A stretch of 35,758 nucleotides of DNA from the NCBI GenBank assembly GCA_038496445.1, contig JALMLS010000629.1, forward strand, positions 1-35,758, in the 5' to 3' direction. The translations under genes and the position numbers were made by a program. The notes below the pieces were generated by a model. The model searched no databases. It was not told the DNA's origin and saw only the letters and a list, made by a program, of their open reading frames with translations. This DNA comes from Trichosphaerium sp. ATCC 40318. Its lineage: Eukaryota; Protista; Tubulinea. Shown here in pieces: positions 11,546-24,983 of this stretch. Each line of letters starts with the position of its first letter. Position 1 is the stretch's first letter.

Positions 11546-12654
11546 ATGAAAGTTCAAGCCGCTTTTCTTCTCTTTTGCTCTTTGATTGCGCTATCTGCAT
11601 CTCAGTGCGCTTGGCAAACACAACCAACAGTATGGAACACTGTTGGTAAATTCGTTCTTTACAAAATAGATCAACCAAACACGCACGTGACACCACTTTT
11701 CACCTATTTCACCTTTTGCGACAAAAAGACTCATTTTTCTTACTTTTAGTCCTACTCTTCTCTCAACACAGTTGAGTCCTCCAGCAACACCGACATCATA
11801 CAATAACTGGAAGAGTTGGGTACTGAAGACTTTTTCATCTGCAGTTGACCCTCTTGACCAACGAGCACTTCTCGAAGTACGTAAACGCCAAACGTACAAA
11901 GAAAGTAAAACGCTAACTTGAAAAAAACAGAGACAACGTAAAATTTTCTCTGGTGCTGGATTCTCGACTCACAATTTTGACGTTATTTTGAATGGAAAAG
12001 TAGGAACAATATCAAACATCACATGCCTGGAGTATCTGTTGTACAACCTCCAAAATGAAAGATTTCCATTAGATAAGAATCCTTCTGAGTTTGGCACATG
12101 GGTTCTTCAAAAGGCACGTGTAAAAACGTAATTACTCATCATTTGACGTGGCACGTGCACCATTAAATTTCTAACCTTTTGGGCATTAAAGTTTGCGTAC
12201 TGATGATTGGTCTAACTTGCGTTCTATTTAGGGGAATGATTGGCGCCTTTATGTACAACTAGGACCTGATGCCAGTGTTTCTCCAACATCACAAATTACA
12301 AGTGCTGTAAGCGCAGATATCAGATCAGGATACACTTTTGTTTCATTCCTTCACCTTCATCCTTTCTTTCCAAACTTACCTGGTGACATCGCTGGAACAT
12401 GCATCCCAAGCGATCCTGACTTGGGTACATTCAAGAACTTCATGCAAAACGAGAACATGAAAAACGCATGGATCTGTAACGGCGTTTCAAGCTTCAAGTT
12501 CCCTATGACTCAATTGAATGTCTTCCAAATCGGCTCTTTGACTGGAGCAAATACCACCAATGGATGTCTTGATTGTTTCCCAGACGGTAACACTATAATC
12601 GATCTCACCACCAGCAATATTGCTCAGGTCGATGCCCTTCAACAAAAACAATAA
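11546..12654 (+). CDS. Secreted protein with a JAMM/MPN+ (JAB)-like metal-binding motif, ~289 aa (intact copy)
   Basis: Exons 11546-11682, 11750-11876, 11931-12113 and 12232-12654 join into one open frame using two GC-AG introns. Signal peptide MKVQAAFLLFCSLIALSASQ. Motif PSEFGTWVL ... FLHLHPFF ... CIPSDPDL. Confidence 0.8.
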
Positions 12655-12936
12655 AAATATGCTAAACCTTTTAGTTCTTTTTCGAATTAATAGTTGTTTT
12701 CTTAAGATACATTCAAGTCCGCTATGAGAAGTAGTATTGAATAAAAAAATCACGTGTTTGTAAGCTTTCTTTTTAGTGAAATGATTTTATTAACAAGGTT
12801 CGGCTTCATTAGCTCTAGTTGGTAACCTTAAAACTTGTATTCTTCATTTCGATTTTGTTATCAAAATTTATTTAAAACAGGTGTTATAGTACAGACTTTG
12901 GGTTTTTTTTTGTTTTCATATATTATTATAATACGC

Positions 12937-15550
12937 TTAAGCTTTACTATCATCGTTGTCATCTTCATGACCAGATAGATTAGGGGGTACATCCCAGTTC
13001 ATTTTTTCTACAAAAAAAGTTAACAACGACAAAAGTAAGACAAGTATTTGTTCAGGTTTCGCACCTGAAGATGTCTGTGCTGATCCAGATTCTTCATCAC
13101 CTACAGTTGTAGTAATACGCTCTTGCTTATTGATACCTGGAATAAGTCCAGCATATCTGGAAGGAGCTCTTCTGAATTCCCTCTTTGTAGTTTTTGTTCT
13201 ACAAAAAAATAAGCAAAAGACAAATATAACTGTTAACGCAAAAGCTTTGAACACAGGTTACAAACCTTACAAGAAAAAAGGCGAGAAATGGTGACACGTA
13301 CATATATTTGTTGATAGTTTTCTTGTAGGTTTTTCTACCATAAGGGTAGAGCCAACTGAGCACCCATACGAAAAATAGACTTCCAGCGCCAACAAAACAC
13401 AGTAAGTAACGCAATAGTAGTTTAACTTCCTCTGGTTGAGATTGTCCAGCCACTAGGTCAGTAATATATCCCTCACGTTCCAAAAAGAAACCGATAAGAT
13501 ATAAAGCAACAGCCTAAACGAACAGATTAGAACAAATAAAAAAGCAAGAATAAAACAAGAAAATAGTTTTAACACGTGCCTGCAAAATAGACTGGAATAC
13601 CTCCATCATGGAGAACATAAATCCCTCTGTGCGGCTTTTCAGGCGCATGTAAGCAAGATCGCATACATCAGCCATTAAAGCATTCGGAAGCGTAAAATTA
13701 ATCGCAAGTCTATTCACACTTAGGAACCACAAAAAGTGTACCAAAAATAATCATTAAGAACGCACGTGATACCAAAAGCTCCAGCAAGAGGATACGAAAG
13801 CCAACGCAACTTATCATCGTCTACACTTTAGTTAGCACAACGTTCTACGGTACAAAAAACTAGCACCCTGGATGGGGATCGAACCCACAACCTTTGGCTT
13901 AGGAGGCCAATGCTCTACCATTGAGCCACCAGGGTTTAGTGTGTTGGCAAGGTAGCAACTCTGAAGGTACCCAACGAGAGAAAGCTATTTGCTAGAGAGT
14001 TCAATCTAGATTAATCGTACCTGGTACAAAGTACAGACATATGAAAACAATCAATCCCCAAGCAGCTCCCAAATTTATCAGTAACCACTTGTCAAAGTAT
14101 CGAGTTAGTTTCATTAGTATGAAAACTGTTATAACTGTAACACCCATCATGCATACTGCCATCTATACGATTTCGTTAGGAATCCCATGTCTTGTGCTTA
14201 TATATTCCTTACGTGTGTAAAATTAACAATCTCAAAACCTAGTGCGTGAACAGCATAGAGAGGTAGAACAGAAAATGTTACTGCCTAGTCAAAAATAAGC
14301 ACTTTAAATAAATACTGTGAATAACATTACACGTACTTGTGTTAGCATACTTAGTGCATAGATTAATACCACAACAACGAAAGATCGCATGGTGAATGCG
14401 CTGCAACATGTTTTGCAGCAACCAATATCCTCGTCTTGCTATTGCAACTTGTTATTATACAAGATAGAGAAAAAACACGCCATACCAAAATTGGCAAATA
14501 GTTCGTACCTCTTCTGGTATTTTTTCCTTTGTTGTAAAGAAACATACTACACTCAATATTAACACCATACCTGCAGGTATAGCAGCCAAATACGCCTAAC
14601 ACACTATTTAATAAACAACGATTAAGGTGAGAACTTTGAGGCGGATTCTTACGTATGTCCATGTTCCATTTGCATCTAGCAAACTCAAAAGAAGCCACGA
14701 ACCAGCAACAAGGAGTAGCATGCCAACAAATGAAAATATTGATCTTGAACTACTCAGATGCAACCGAGTTTTGAAATTCTTAACATAAGAGTAAGGGCCA
14801 CAGCATTCACATAAAAAAATAGCGAAGTGTTCAGGTTTTTTTTTTGTGCTTACTTTTGTTAGCGCTGGTGCAAGTGCTGAGTGTGGTACAGATACGACTG
14901 TGAATAGAGCCATGAATGTAGATAGTAATACGAAGTAGTAAGCCACTCGTCCGACATCAGAACTAGTTGATGTGTAAGCGAAAAAAACAGTTAGGATTAA
15001 ACGAAAATCGAGGTTGGTTTTCTGATTTTTTTTTTTGGCTTAAAACGTGTTGTAGGTGATATTTGAATTATTCAGCGAGCGTACAAAGAGTTTTTGTAGA
15101 ATGCGGCAACGATTGCAAAAGGAAATAATAAACCACCGGCTATTACAAACGGACGTCGCTTGTGGCGTCCAGGTATTGCGTCAGATATCTTTTATAAAGA
15201 GTTAGGCACAAATAACCTAATTTACAAATTGGCGTACAAAGCCAATAGAGAATGAGCCTACTATTTGCACAACTTGCCCGACAGCAAGTAAAATACCCGC
15301 TAATGACGGCTCGATCTAAAATAACAATCAAAATACGCTTTTCAACGCGTTTATACTACCGGGTGCGTACCTGTGCGATATCAAGAAGAAACTGCAAGTA
15401 AAACATGTTTACTATCAAATCGGCTCCTTGTAGACCCATAGATAACGACCCGTATCCCAAAATCGTATACATGGGTAACTTGTCATTTTTTTGTGGTACT
15501 GTCCTCTTTGGATGATTCGTTGTTAGACCAGTCGCATCATTTTCAGACAT
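12937..15550 (-). CDS. MFS transporter, glycoside-pentoside-hexuronide (MFS_2 / MelB / MFSD2-like) family
   Basis: KLPMYTILGYGSLSMG...MFYLQFLLDIAQ; VVSVPHSALAPALT...RLHLSSSRSIFS; LPNALMADVCDLAYMRLKSRTEGFMFS; many hydrophobic TM exons. Confidence 0.88.
13864..13935 (-). tRNA. trnR-CCT: tRNA-Arg (anticodon CCT)
   Basis: ACCCTGG TGGCTCAATGGTAGAGCA TTGGC-CTCCTAA-GCCAA AGGTT GTGGG-TTCGATC-CCCAT CCAGGGT G folds into a full cloverleaf, with a downstream T-run Pol III terminator. Confidence 0.95.
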
Positions 15551-16007
15551 GGCCTTGTTAGCGTGTGAATGGGTTTTTTAATACACAAATACGGGTTTAA
15601 GGTGGGAAGACTCCGGATGTTTTTGGCTATTTTTTGTAGTTAGTTTTTTTTTGTACAACTTCGTTGACATGTGCCTCAACGGAACGCATTTGAGCTCGAT
15701 TGTTTGTTGGCTCTTTAGAATTAGACAAACATTGTACACACTATCCGATAACAACATACGTCACTACCTCAACCTGCTACCTGTAGTGCAACAGGATTCA
15801 AAAAAAAATCAAGACTTTTTTTCATTGCACTGCAATGTTTAAAATACAGGGTTTGTTTTATTTGTTATTGTTAAAAAATATCTTCAAGACAGAAAAAAAA
15901 AACACAGGTGTTGTCTTGGAACTTTTCACGTTTTTTCGGTAAAAAAAAGAATTCGCTTGGTTTTTGGGAGATTTCTCGTTATCATTTTGATTGATGCTTT
16001 TGTCAGT

Positions 16008-18827
16008 CTACCAGATAAGGTGTTCGTATACGCCTTCTTCTAACACCAATTCTTCTTGGTCTGTCTCTTGGTAGATCAAGTCTTCTTTGCTGGTTTGGTT
16101 CAACATACTAAAAATGAATAAGGAAAAGGTTCTCTGACTATTAATCGCAGTCACGCGCTTTTCTGTGCAATGGAGGCAAGACACAAACGACTTGGTATTT
16201 CTTATGGATATTTACGTTAAATTCAATCAAAAGAGAACGTACCCACATGCCCATACCAGGAAGAGATGTAAGTGGTAATTCTGGGTTAAGTTTCCTACGT
16301 TTACTTCTTCGTGGCTTATCTAAAACAAACGGATTAGCTCCATCCACGAAGCAGCTACAAAATGTGAAGAATCACTAGGACAATAACATAAAATGTAATT
16401 GAAAGTGTTATAGTAGGCTTAAGTTGGCGTTTTTGGAATGTACAAAACAGAGAAATGTGTTGGGTTTTTTTCTGTTCTTTCATTCAAAGACTCACCTCGA
16501 TATTCATCAAAATTATGAGCCAGTAAACCGTTTAGTAGATAATCTTTAAAATGAGGAGATTGTTTGAGCTCTTCATACTCGCCTGTATGATCTCTCAATT
16601 TCTTAATTTCTCGTTGTGTAAATCGTGAAAACCTAAACAAGAATTACTAGGTTTGAACACTTGATATATCATTACTGCTCGATGTTCATAACAAGGAAAC
16701 AGGGCCACGTACCTTACAAGTTTTAATAGATCTTCTCTCTTCTCAGCATCATTCTCTTTAATCCATCTACATATCGCAGCGAGGATTTGAATCTCACTTT
16801 CCACCTAAGATAATTTAACCAAAAAAACAACACTGTGGTCTTTAAACTCTTTGTTTAAAAAGACGCAAGTGTCGCATTTAGATAGACACCAATGGTTACG
16901 CACTCATATATGATAACAGAACAATTTTTAACTATCAAGTTGTTTTCCAAAAAAAAAAAAAAGAAAATGTAGAACCAGGTTACGAACCTCTAGATTATCA
17001 TCCTGGAGTATATCACATAGTAAATTATATTCTAGTTTTACAAATTTATCAGAGCTTATAGCTGTATCAAAGTGCTTGCAAATATATTGTTTACAAGCAT
17101 CCTTTATACTCTTCAAAGAGTAAAAGTCGCCGAACTAAAAAAAAATGTCAAAAAAAAAACAAAAAAAAAACATTATTAGGTCACTACTCTCTTCTGAACG
17201 ATTGATTCAATGCTCACATATATACAGTCATTATCATACATATGTGATATATTAAAGAGCTGGTAAAGATTACTGTACCAACCAGAACCAATGTCAAGAA
17301 AATTATTTTTGTCGAAAAAAAAGAAAAAAAGTTCTTGAACCAATGCTATACACCAAGGTGTTACATGGTGATATCATCTATTACATATGTATAAATAAGG
17401 TACCTGTAATATCTCGAAACAATTCTCACCTTAAAACACAATAAGAAAGGGAAGTAAATGAAGAAAACAAGTCAAGATTTTTTGTTCATTTTAGGAAATC
17501 GGAACTACTCTTGTGCTCAACTTTTTTCTTCCAACAAAAACAAATTTTCGACGTACTACTAAGCCTCGATATAACACTGTCAACGCATTGGTCAACGAGT
17601 TCTTCTACATCATACATATGCGCTAGGTGTAGTACTTCAAGTATATCATCTACGCTAGTTGATGCTTGCGTTTTAAGTTGACCTACGCATTTTTTTTTAG
17701 AAAGGCGAGAACTTCGAAAAAAAAAGAAAAAAAAATAAAACGAAGCGCATTGCGAGTCGTACAGCTATAGCACCACTCCAAAAATATCTTAAACGTGCTC
17801 GCATTTACTTCATTGAGCGTTATTTCTGTTTGGTTAGACTCCTTCAATGCTCTAAACGGAGATTTTCAGATTAGAATGCCAGTGCGTTTTTGAATTTTTT
17901 CAAGAAGAAAAAACAATAACTAAAGGTTTACCCTGAGAACATCTTTTTGAAATATGGACTCCACATTGATAATATCGCCTATTCAAAGGGTTAGAGACAA
18001 GAAAAGAAAGAAAAAAATCAAAGAGCAATTTTAGGTGTACTTTATGTGCCGAAATCTTTTCATCTTCAACGTGCAATATAATATCAGCTACATTGATAAA
18101 AATCAGTTGAAAACCCGGTACTATTAGCAACTGAAGGACAAAAAAAAATTGAGATTTGCGAAGTGGGTTTTTTTTGATTTCATGTTTTTCAAACCCACGG
18201 TTATCTGAGCTACTTATACAATGCGCGTACAAAACGACATGTCCCCGTAGAGTTTTCTTAACTACGTAAAAGTAAGCAAAGCGTTGGTTGAGCCGAGAAT
18301 AAAAGCGTTTTGTCGTTAAAGGATAGAACATTGGGCCAGTAATTATGTTGTTTTGGCGAACGCGTGGCTTTTTGAAAAAATGGAATTACATCTACGTACT
18401 TTCGAAGATAAGATGCGGTCACCTCTTGTTGAGTTGCTTCGAGCGTCAGACGTACGTCTAGCACCTAGGTAAAAAGATTACACATCAACCGTCGTTGATA
18501 CGATGACAAATTGGTAATGAGTTATCACAATTGGCGATCAATGGCCTTGCGAAACTGTGGCGCAGTTTTGTCAACCGATAAATGGAATTACCTTTGGTAG
18601 CTGCTGTTGGAGCACCGTAGAGATCATGTAAGGTACCCCAGCGTGAGTAAGGCATCCTTGGGATAAGGTGCTCATTTTCGTCGTCATCTATACCGTTTCC
18701 CAGTCGGTGTGGGGGGCGTCGACCCACTACAGGTCCCACAACAGGTGGAAATGCAAGCTCCTACAATGCATTTGAGTTTTATTAGGCCAAGCAAATACGA
18801 TAGTACGTCTCCAGTTAAATCAAGCAT
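16008..18827 (-). CDS. BTB/POZ + BACK domain protein (putative Cullin-3 adaptor)
   Basis: ADIILHVEDEKISAHK|AILSMWSPYFKKMFS...EITLNEVNASTFKIFLEWCYS; LEVLHLAHMYDVEEL; CKQYICKHFDTAISSDKFVKLEYNLLCDILQDDNLE|VESEIQILAAICRWI. The start position is uncertain. Confidence 0.85.
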
Positions 18828-18943
18828 CTGTGACGCGTTGTTTGAATACACCCTCGCACACGTAAGAATCCTGGCAGCTAAAACCAACGTTGACTTGTGA
18901 TTTTTTACTTATTGTTTAGAACAGCCGTAATCATTAGAGCCTC

Positions 18944-21447
<2,504 letters not shown>

Positions 21448-21778
21448 TATTACCAAAACGAATGCGAAGACGCTGACGTTTCTGCAATTTTTTTTCGAGA
21501 TAAGCCTAAATAAATGTTATGTTTTAGTGCATCGTTCTACCTACTGAAGTAATTTATTCTCAAAAAAACATAGCTAGTACATTAACAAGAACCTTATAGA
21601 GCAATATCGCGTTTTTATTGCGTATTTACAAAATACCAGTTTGGCTGTCAAACTTGTACCATTCAGTGAATATTTTTTATTGTAAGATTGAAACGGTTTA
21701 TGTAAATTATTCAAAATTCTGATTTTATCACGAAGTTGACAACTGCTCCTATTACTTACCTTTTGGCCGACAGTAAAC

Positions 21779-24456
21779 ATGGACGGAGAAGTAATAACAG
21801 CGAATATTGAACCAAGTTCCACTATACCCAACGAGCTATGGTTTATGATGTTTAACGTGCGTTTGACACGCGTAATACAAAACCGTTTACAAGATAGCAA
21901 TTTCGTAGCGCTTTCAATCAGTTCCAACTAAACCATCACTAGGAGGTTCCTGATACCTGCTTACGCTATATAGCATGTGTTTGCGTACGTTTACCTAATT
22001 CTACAAGTTTAACAACTTACAATCGGTTTAGCGCCAGTGGTACCACATTAGTCGCGATTTTAAATGGTACAAAGAGCGTTACAATATTGTTTGAGCCTTT
22101 TCTGTCCTGCTATGTCCCGTTTTTTCACCAAGTACTTTAGGGTCGTTTTGACTACTTATGTCTTACGTCAGTACTCAAAACAAAGCATTGCATACTTCTT
22201 GAAGCTCAAAACCGAGCGGGTTTTCAAGCATGTTAAAATAAGTGAGAATTCAGATGCACACAAAATTCTTGAAGCAATGCGTATGCATCCGGAACTTCTC
22301 AAGTATTCTCTTAAGAAAACTAAGAGTGAAGACCTGGGTATTGTTTTTCATATTAACAGGAAGCTGTACGTTTTTTAGTTATGAGTTTGAACAAAGACAA
22401 TCAAAAACTCCGAACTGGTGTCTTTCAGAAAACTAATTGTTTTCGTTTTTTTTCTTAGGTTGGAACAGATGATTTATGATGGAGAACCTTCTGTACCATT
22501 TGTTGTTCAAGTACTTCATAAATACCTTACGGCTGATTTGAAATACTTCTACGACCTTAAATACACGGAGGTAAGCGAGAAATTTTCTTCAAAAACACTG
22601 ACTAGTTTGATTAAAGGTTGTTGATGTTCACTCAACTTTCTGGTCACAGTACAATCAAGACCTTAAAAAAAAAGTATCACAGGACTACTATTTGCCAATG
22701 GTACAGTTACATAGCTTACTACATATATGATGACATAGATCTTAGGTGGCTTCTAGTACATTAGAGAAACCGGCTGCATTAAAATTGAATCTTCACAAGC
22801 ATCAATATGATGCTATTTCTTGGATGGCGCATAGTGAAGATAACTTTCATAAGGGTAAGACGAATTTACTTTTGATTTGATTTAACGTTGTTCATTTTGA
22901 TGTAGAGTTTTCGTATTGTACTCTTGCTCAATGGCCTAAACTTCGGTTGAATGCTTTCTATGACCTTGGTAAAAAACAGTTTGTTCCAGAACCAGAAAAG
23001 ATGTACAAAGTCTCATTTGAAGGTACAACAAAATCAACTATGTTGACAACCTCAAACAAATATTGTAGGTGGTGTTCTGGCAGCTAAAGATGCGCTTGGT
23101 ACAAAAATGAAAGGTAAACAGATGCGCTGATAAATGAAACTAACTTGTGTCTACACTAGTGCTGGGTTTGATTCTTTCTAAGCCAGCACCTAAATGGGAA
23201 GATGATTATTTCAAGCTAGATAATAAAAAGTTGGAGCCTCTTTGGAAGACAAAAGCAACTCTTATAATAACACAAAGTCATTCGTCTAGTTACTGGTTTG
23301 AAGTATTTAGTAGTCACATAAAGGAGGACTATGGACTAAAAATTGTACTTGTGACAACAGCAAAACAGTACAAGAATTACACACAAAAAGATATTTTGGA
23401 TGCAGGTATGAAAAGCAAGCTTGGAAGATTGTTAGTTTTCTGATTTTATTCCAGATGTTGTGATCATATCCCACACGTTTTTGCGTAACCCAAGTTACAT
23501 AAATGTTGGTATGACAAGTGTTGCAACTTGTATTGCTACAAAGAAGCCGTTTGTAAGAATAAGAAGGATGCTCACAAATCGTCAACGTATGTCTAGAACA
23601 AGTAAACTGAGCAACATGAGGAAGGTAAGTGGGTTTAAATGAATTCAAAAAGTCATGCCTTCAAGCCATTTTATCTATCATTTTAACATTGTTGTTAAGG
23701 AAGCAAATGAACGTGAAGATGGAGGATCTTGTTTCCCTTTTGTCTTGAATAATTTTTACTGGCATCGTATCATCCTTGATGAAGGACATAACGTCCTTGA
23801 GAAACAAGACCATTTCTACTTTGAAGAATTGTGTTCGTTTGAAGGAAGATCAAGGTGGGTTGCAAACGAAACACGTTTTCCAAACTGGTACGGTATCATT
23901 TCTATCTGTTCTTTCTTCTACTTTCGTTTTAGGTGAACCAGACCCTATTTACTCTTCTTTTTAGGCTTACGATCAGTGGTACAATGAAATTCTTACGAGT
24001 CAAATCTGATGATCCGAAGTTTAAAATCTATAACAGTCCAAACACACAAGAACAAGCATACTCAAAGTTCGTCTTTTTTTTTCTACGGTTTTTTTTTTGT
24101 AAAATCAAATGTTGTATTGACTAACTTATTACTGTAGCTATGTTATTGCTGATAAGCTATTCTCTAACCTCTATTGGTAAGAAACTACTTATTTTATACT
24201 CAAGTGTGAACTTACCAGTTAATGTTTCTGTAGGAGATGTAACACAAAACTAAGTACTAAAAACGAAATCCGTCTTGTAAATTTCAACATCAAGGAGCGC
24301 TCAACCACTGGACGTAGAATCCTTCGTCCAAAGACTCGCCGGAGATCAATGGTAAGTAATGGAGACAAGATGATGGCAAATAATTTTGCAGCCATGAATA
24401 TTATGAAGGCCTATAGGTATACTGTTGATCGTAGTAAAAAGCACTTTGAACATTAA
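21779..24456 (+). CDS. SNF2-family (Rad5/16-like) N-terminal ATPase-lobe protein, truncated or degenerate
   Basis: LHKHQYDAISWM (Q motif); GGVLAAKDALGTKMK (degenerate motif I); KATLII (Ia); DVVIISHTFL; FYWHRIILDEGH (motif II). Ends near 24456 with no HELICc lobe. The 5' end is uncertain. Confidence 0.7.
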
Positions 24457-24508
24457 AACCACGTGATACGTTAAAGTCTCAAAAATAAAAAAATAAGTTG
24501 AAAGCAAA

Positions 24509-24620
24509 ATGAAAGTCCAAGTTGCTTTTCTTCTCTTCTCCTCTCTTATGGTGTTAGCTGCATATCAGTGCGCTTACCAAACACTACCGAAAATAAGAAA
24601 CAATACTGTACATCAATGAA
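24509..24620 (+). pseudogene. Exon-1 remnant of the secreted JAB-like family
   Basis: MKVQVAFLLFSSLMVLAAYQCAYQT, with upstream AAAAATAAAAAAATAAGTTGAAA matching the 5' flank of the 34172 copy. Confidence 0.8.
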
Positions 24621-24983
24621 AAACCAAGGCCTTAAGACAATGTCATTTCCACCTAGAGCACGCTTCCGACTATCACTGTAGTTTTTCCACTGTACAAATT
24701 CCTACCTAGTACTCGGTAAAACTGCAGTATACACTTGAGATACAAATCGTTGCTCGCTGAGAAATGTTAAAACCGCCGAAATCCAGCAGCTATGTACTCT
24801 AGCGCTGGTTTTAGATGTCAATGTTGGCTGTAAACACTGGAAAACTTGTTTGGTGGACTCAGTATTGTGGTCATCGATGCTTTCGTTTACAGCGTCCAAG
24901 AATCCTTTCATATGTCTTACAAGTATAAAATTAATGAGAGGCCGTTAAGAAAACAACAAACGTAATACAAAAACGACAAATAT

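Noticed and set aside
11646-11669. 24-nt GT-AG micro-intron followed by a 13-nt micro-exon
   Set aside because: It is in frame, stop-free and identical in the paralog whose next intron has diverged, so it is more likely coding (GKFVLYKID). RNA-seq would settle it.
21574-21927. 117-aa minus-strand ORF
   Set aside because: Non-ATG start, no motifs, and it overlaps the probable 5' end of the SNF2-like gene.
24702-24911. 69-aa minus-strand ORF
   Set aside because: No recognisable domain or splice context.
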